From Candidatus Hodarchaeota archaeon (GTDB taxonomy: Archaea > Asgardarchaeota > Lokiarchaeia > Sigyniarchaeales > SOKP01), in contig JBHLJY010000008.1 in the NCBI GenBank assembly GCA_048887225.1, forward strand, positions 32,001 through 96,000: 64,000 nucleotides of DNA. Direction: 5' to 3'. Within the stretch, counting starts at the first letter, position 1. The number at the start of each line of letters is the position of its first letter. The notes below the pieces were generated by a model. The model had not been told where the DNA came from and did not search any database. It worked only from the letters and a program-made list of their open reading frames with translations. Below, one piece after another: positions 61,778-64,000 of the stretch. Made by a program: the position numbers and the translations under genes.

Positions 61778-62827
61778 ATGAGAGAGCCTTTTACATCAGA
61801 AAGAATATACTCTGAAGTCAAGCATGGTAAATTAAATAAATCCGAAGCCATCGAACTGCTAATTTCCTTAATTGAAGGCAGTAATGAAGCAAAAGTTCGG
61901 GAGAAATGTTTGGATGTATGCAAAAAATTAAGTTTAAAAACTGAAAGAATTTTCAAAATTCTTGAAAATAGCCTAATCTCAGACGAAAATCCATTAGTCA
62001 GGAGTGCAGCAGCAAGAGCAATTTTTAGTAATTTTCTTAAAGATGACTTAAGCTCGTTGAAATGGGCGATTCAACACGAAAAATCACCCATAGTGCTAAA
62101 AACTATTTTTGATTTTTTTAAAAATATCAATAACCAGAAATTTAAATTTTTGAATAAAGAATTACAAAAGTGGGTTGAGACATTCGCATTAACTATTGGA
62201 CTCGTTTCAGATGAAGCAAAATTTATTTTGGATTTAGAAGCTTTATTTGCTAAAGATGGAGAGAATTATGAAATTAATGCTGAAACCTATAATTATTATC
62301 AATCTTTAACTGATGATGGTGAACCATGGCTTGAAATAAAAAATAAGCACATCACAGGATTATCTCTCAATTTTTATAATTGGAGTTTTGTAAAAGAAAA
62401 TCCAGAATATGTTGATTATCTCTTAAGTTTAGTTCATCTAAATTTATTTTTATCTGCTCTTAAGAAGTTAAATATAAATATAAATAGAATTCGGGAAGTA
62501 CCTGAATCCATAGGATTGTTAATGTCGCTAGAAAGGTTAAATTTAAGTCGGAATAAGATCCGAAATCTTCCTAAATCAATAGGCTCGTTATGTTCACTTA
62601 AAACGTTAGATTTAAGTCGCAACAATATTCAAGAAATTCCTCAGTCAGTATTTAAACTGACCTCGCTCAAATGGTTGGATTTAAGTCATAATGATATTCA
62701 AGAAATTCCCGAATCGATAGTTAACCTTGCATCATTAACCATATTAAGGTTAAACCGTAATAATATCAAGGATATTCCAGATTCAATTAAACCATTCTTG
62801 AATTCACTTGAATATTTTAGCTATTAA
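61778..62827 (+). CDS. HEAT-repeat plus leucine-rich-repeat protein
   Basis: DENPLVRSAAA HEAT motif; five LxxLxLxxNxIxxIPxSI LRRs. Confidence 0.88.
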   Translation: MREPFTSERIYSEVKHGKLNKSEAIELLISLIEGSNEAKVREKCLDVCKKLSLKTERIFKILENSLISDENPLVRSAAARAIFSNFLKDDLSSLKWAIQHEKSPIVLKTIFDFFKNINNQKFKFLNKELQKWVETFALTIGLVSDEAKFILDLEALFAKDGENYEINAETYNYYQSLTDDGEPWLEIKNKHITGLSLNFYNWSFVKENPEYVDYLLSLVHLNLFLSALKKLNININRIREVPESIGLLMSLERLNLSRNKIRNLPKSIGSLCSLKTLDLSRNNIQEIPQSVFKLTSLKWLDLSHNDIQEIPESIVNLASLTILRLNRNNIKDIPDSIKPFLNSLEYFSY

Positions 62828-62945
62828 TAAAGGACAAAAAGAAATATTCTTGTTTTTTCTGATAATTAAACGATTAGATAATTATTTATATAACAAAAAA
62901 TAAAATTTCATCAATTATTTTAATTCAAAAATAAAGTGAAAAATA

Positions 62946-64000
62946 ATGGCAGAAAAAGAGGAAAGAAAAATTAATGGTGGAGATGTTTTAATAAAGTGCC
63001 TCCTTCAAGAAAACGTAAAGCATATGTTCGGAATCCCTGGCGGGCAGTTTTTAAATATGTACGATGCTATATATAGATGGGGTCGGGAACAAGGCATAAA
63101 TACAATCTTATTCCGACATGAACAAGCAGCAGCCCATGCGGCAGATGCCTATGCAAGAGTGAGCAACAAACCAGGCATATGCTTTGGTACAGTCGGTCCG
63201 GGCGCAACTCATCTTGTGCCTGGCGTAGCAACTGCGTGGAGCGACAATATTCCTATAATTGCCATAGTACCTCAAGTCAATAGTAAGTATGAAGATTCTT
63301 TTACTTTACAAGGAAATTTAGACCAATTAGCATTATTCAAACCGATAACAAAATATCAAAAAAGTGTTCGCAAAATCGAAAATATTCCCGATGCCGTTCA
63401 TAAAGTATTTCGCGAGGCTACTGGTGGACGACCAAGGCCGGTATTATTAGAGATTTTTGAAGATGCCTTTCTTGCGGATATTGAAGAGGATAAAATACCA
63501 ATCTTTTCTTCAGATGCTTATAGGGCCATTGGAAAACCTACTGTTGATAATGAAACTGTTAAAAAAGCGTTAGATCTTATAATAAAAGCTGATACTCCTT
63601 TAATTGTGTCTGGTGGTGGTGTTGCAAGAGCAGAAGCGTGGAATGAGCTGCAAGAATTTGCAGAATATTTACAAATTCCGGTAATGACTTCCCTCATGGG
63701 AATTGGTACAATATCAAATAAATCAAATTGTCTAATTGGTGCTTCAGTGGCAGGCCCAGGCCTGAAAGCGGCAGCAGAAGCTGATCTTATTTTAACTCTT
63801 GGCAGCAAGTTTTCATATGTACTGGGGCATGGTGAAGAACCCTTTTGGAAGAACAGCCAAATACATATCCAGGTTGATATTGATCCAACCATAATAGGGA
63901 GGGCCAAACCAATAACATTAGGCATTGTGAGTGATTGCAAATTATTTCTGAAGCAAATTCTTGAGGAGGTTAAGAAGACTCAAAAGGTGGAAAAACGAGA
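62946..64000 (+). CDS. Thiamine-pyrophosphate enzyme, acetolactate synthase-like (partial, runs off window end)
   Basis: Manual translation MAEKEERKINGGDVLIKCLLQENVKHMFGIPGGQ...RHEQAAAHAADAYAR...GPGATH; RPRPVLLE; SGGGV. Confidence 0.9.
   Translation, partial: MAEKEERKINGGDVLIKCLLQENVKHMFGIPGGQFLNMYDAIYRWGREQGINTILFRHEQAAAHAADAYARVSNKPGICFGTVGPGATHLVPGVATAWSDNIPIIAIVPQVNSKYEDSFTLQGNLDQLALFKPITKYQKSVRKIENIPDAVHKVFREATGGRPRPVLLEIFEDAFLADIEEDKIPIFSSDAYRAIGKPTVDNETVKKALDLIIKADTPLIVSGGGVARAEAWNELQEFAEYLQIPVMTSLMGIGTISNKSNCLIGASVAGPGLKAAAEADLILTLGSKFSYVLGHGEEPFWKNSQIHIQVDIDPTIIGRAKPITLGIVSDCKLFLKQILEEVKKTQKVEKR

Noticed and set aside
63518-63940. 140-aa minus-strand ORF
   Set aside because: Antisense to the clear TPP-enzyme gene starting at 62946

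Overview
AT-rich (roughly 28-30% GC by eye) archaeal chromosomal window, most consistent with an Asgard archaeon of the Lokiarchaeia. The evidence is eukaryotic-signature proteins (gelsolin-domain, longin-like, Rab-like GTPase, LRR), an IPGY 'Loki-CTERM' tail and GAGGTG ribosome-binding sites. There are about 50 CDSs; I saw no rRNA, tRNA, CRISPR array or transposase. The main result is a selenoprotein locus that the ORF track breaks up. hdrA (30190-28226) carries two in-frame UGA codons, and a vhuD/mvhD gene absent from the track (28208-27747) carries two more, all at conserved Cys positions. One eukaryote-like SECIS hairpin (27746-27673) follows vhuD directly. These genes lie in a same-strand run with a tungsten AOR-family enzyme, its Fe-S partner, an FdhB-like F420-binding subunit and a polyferredoxin, with no hdrBC, mvhAG or fdhA in the window. 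This suggests an undescribed Se/W/F420 electron-bifurcating complex (inference). Other points of interest: a mosaic triplet of surface proteins with C8 slippage tracts before the membrane anchor, a GC-rich 7-repeat propeller adhesin, an EamA-Lrp/AsnC fusion beside a stand-alone AsnC domain, a missed tandem desulforedoxin-like microprotein, and apparent ATT start codons. All family assignments come from motif recognition by eye; no database searches were run.
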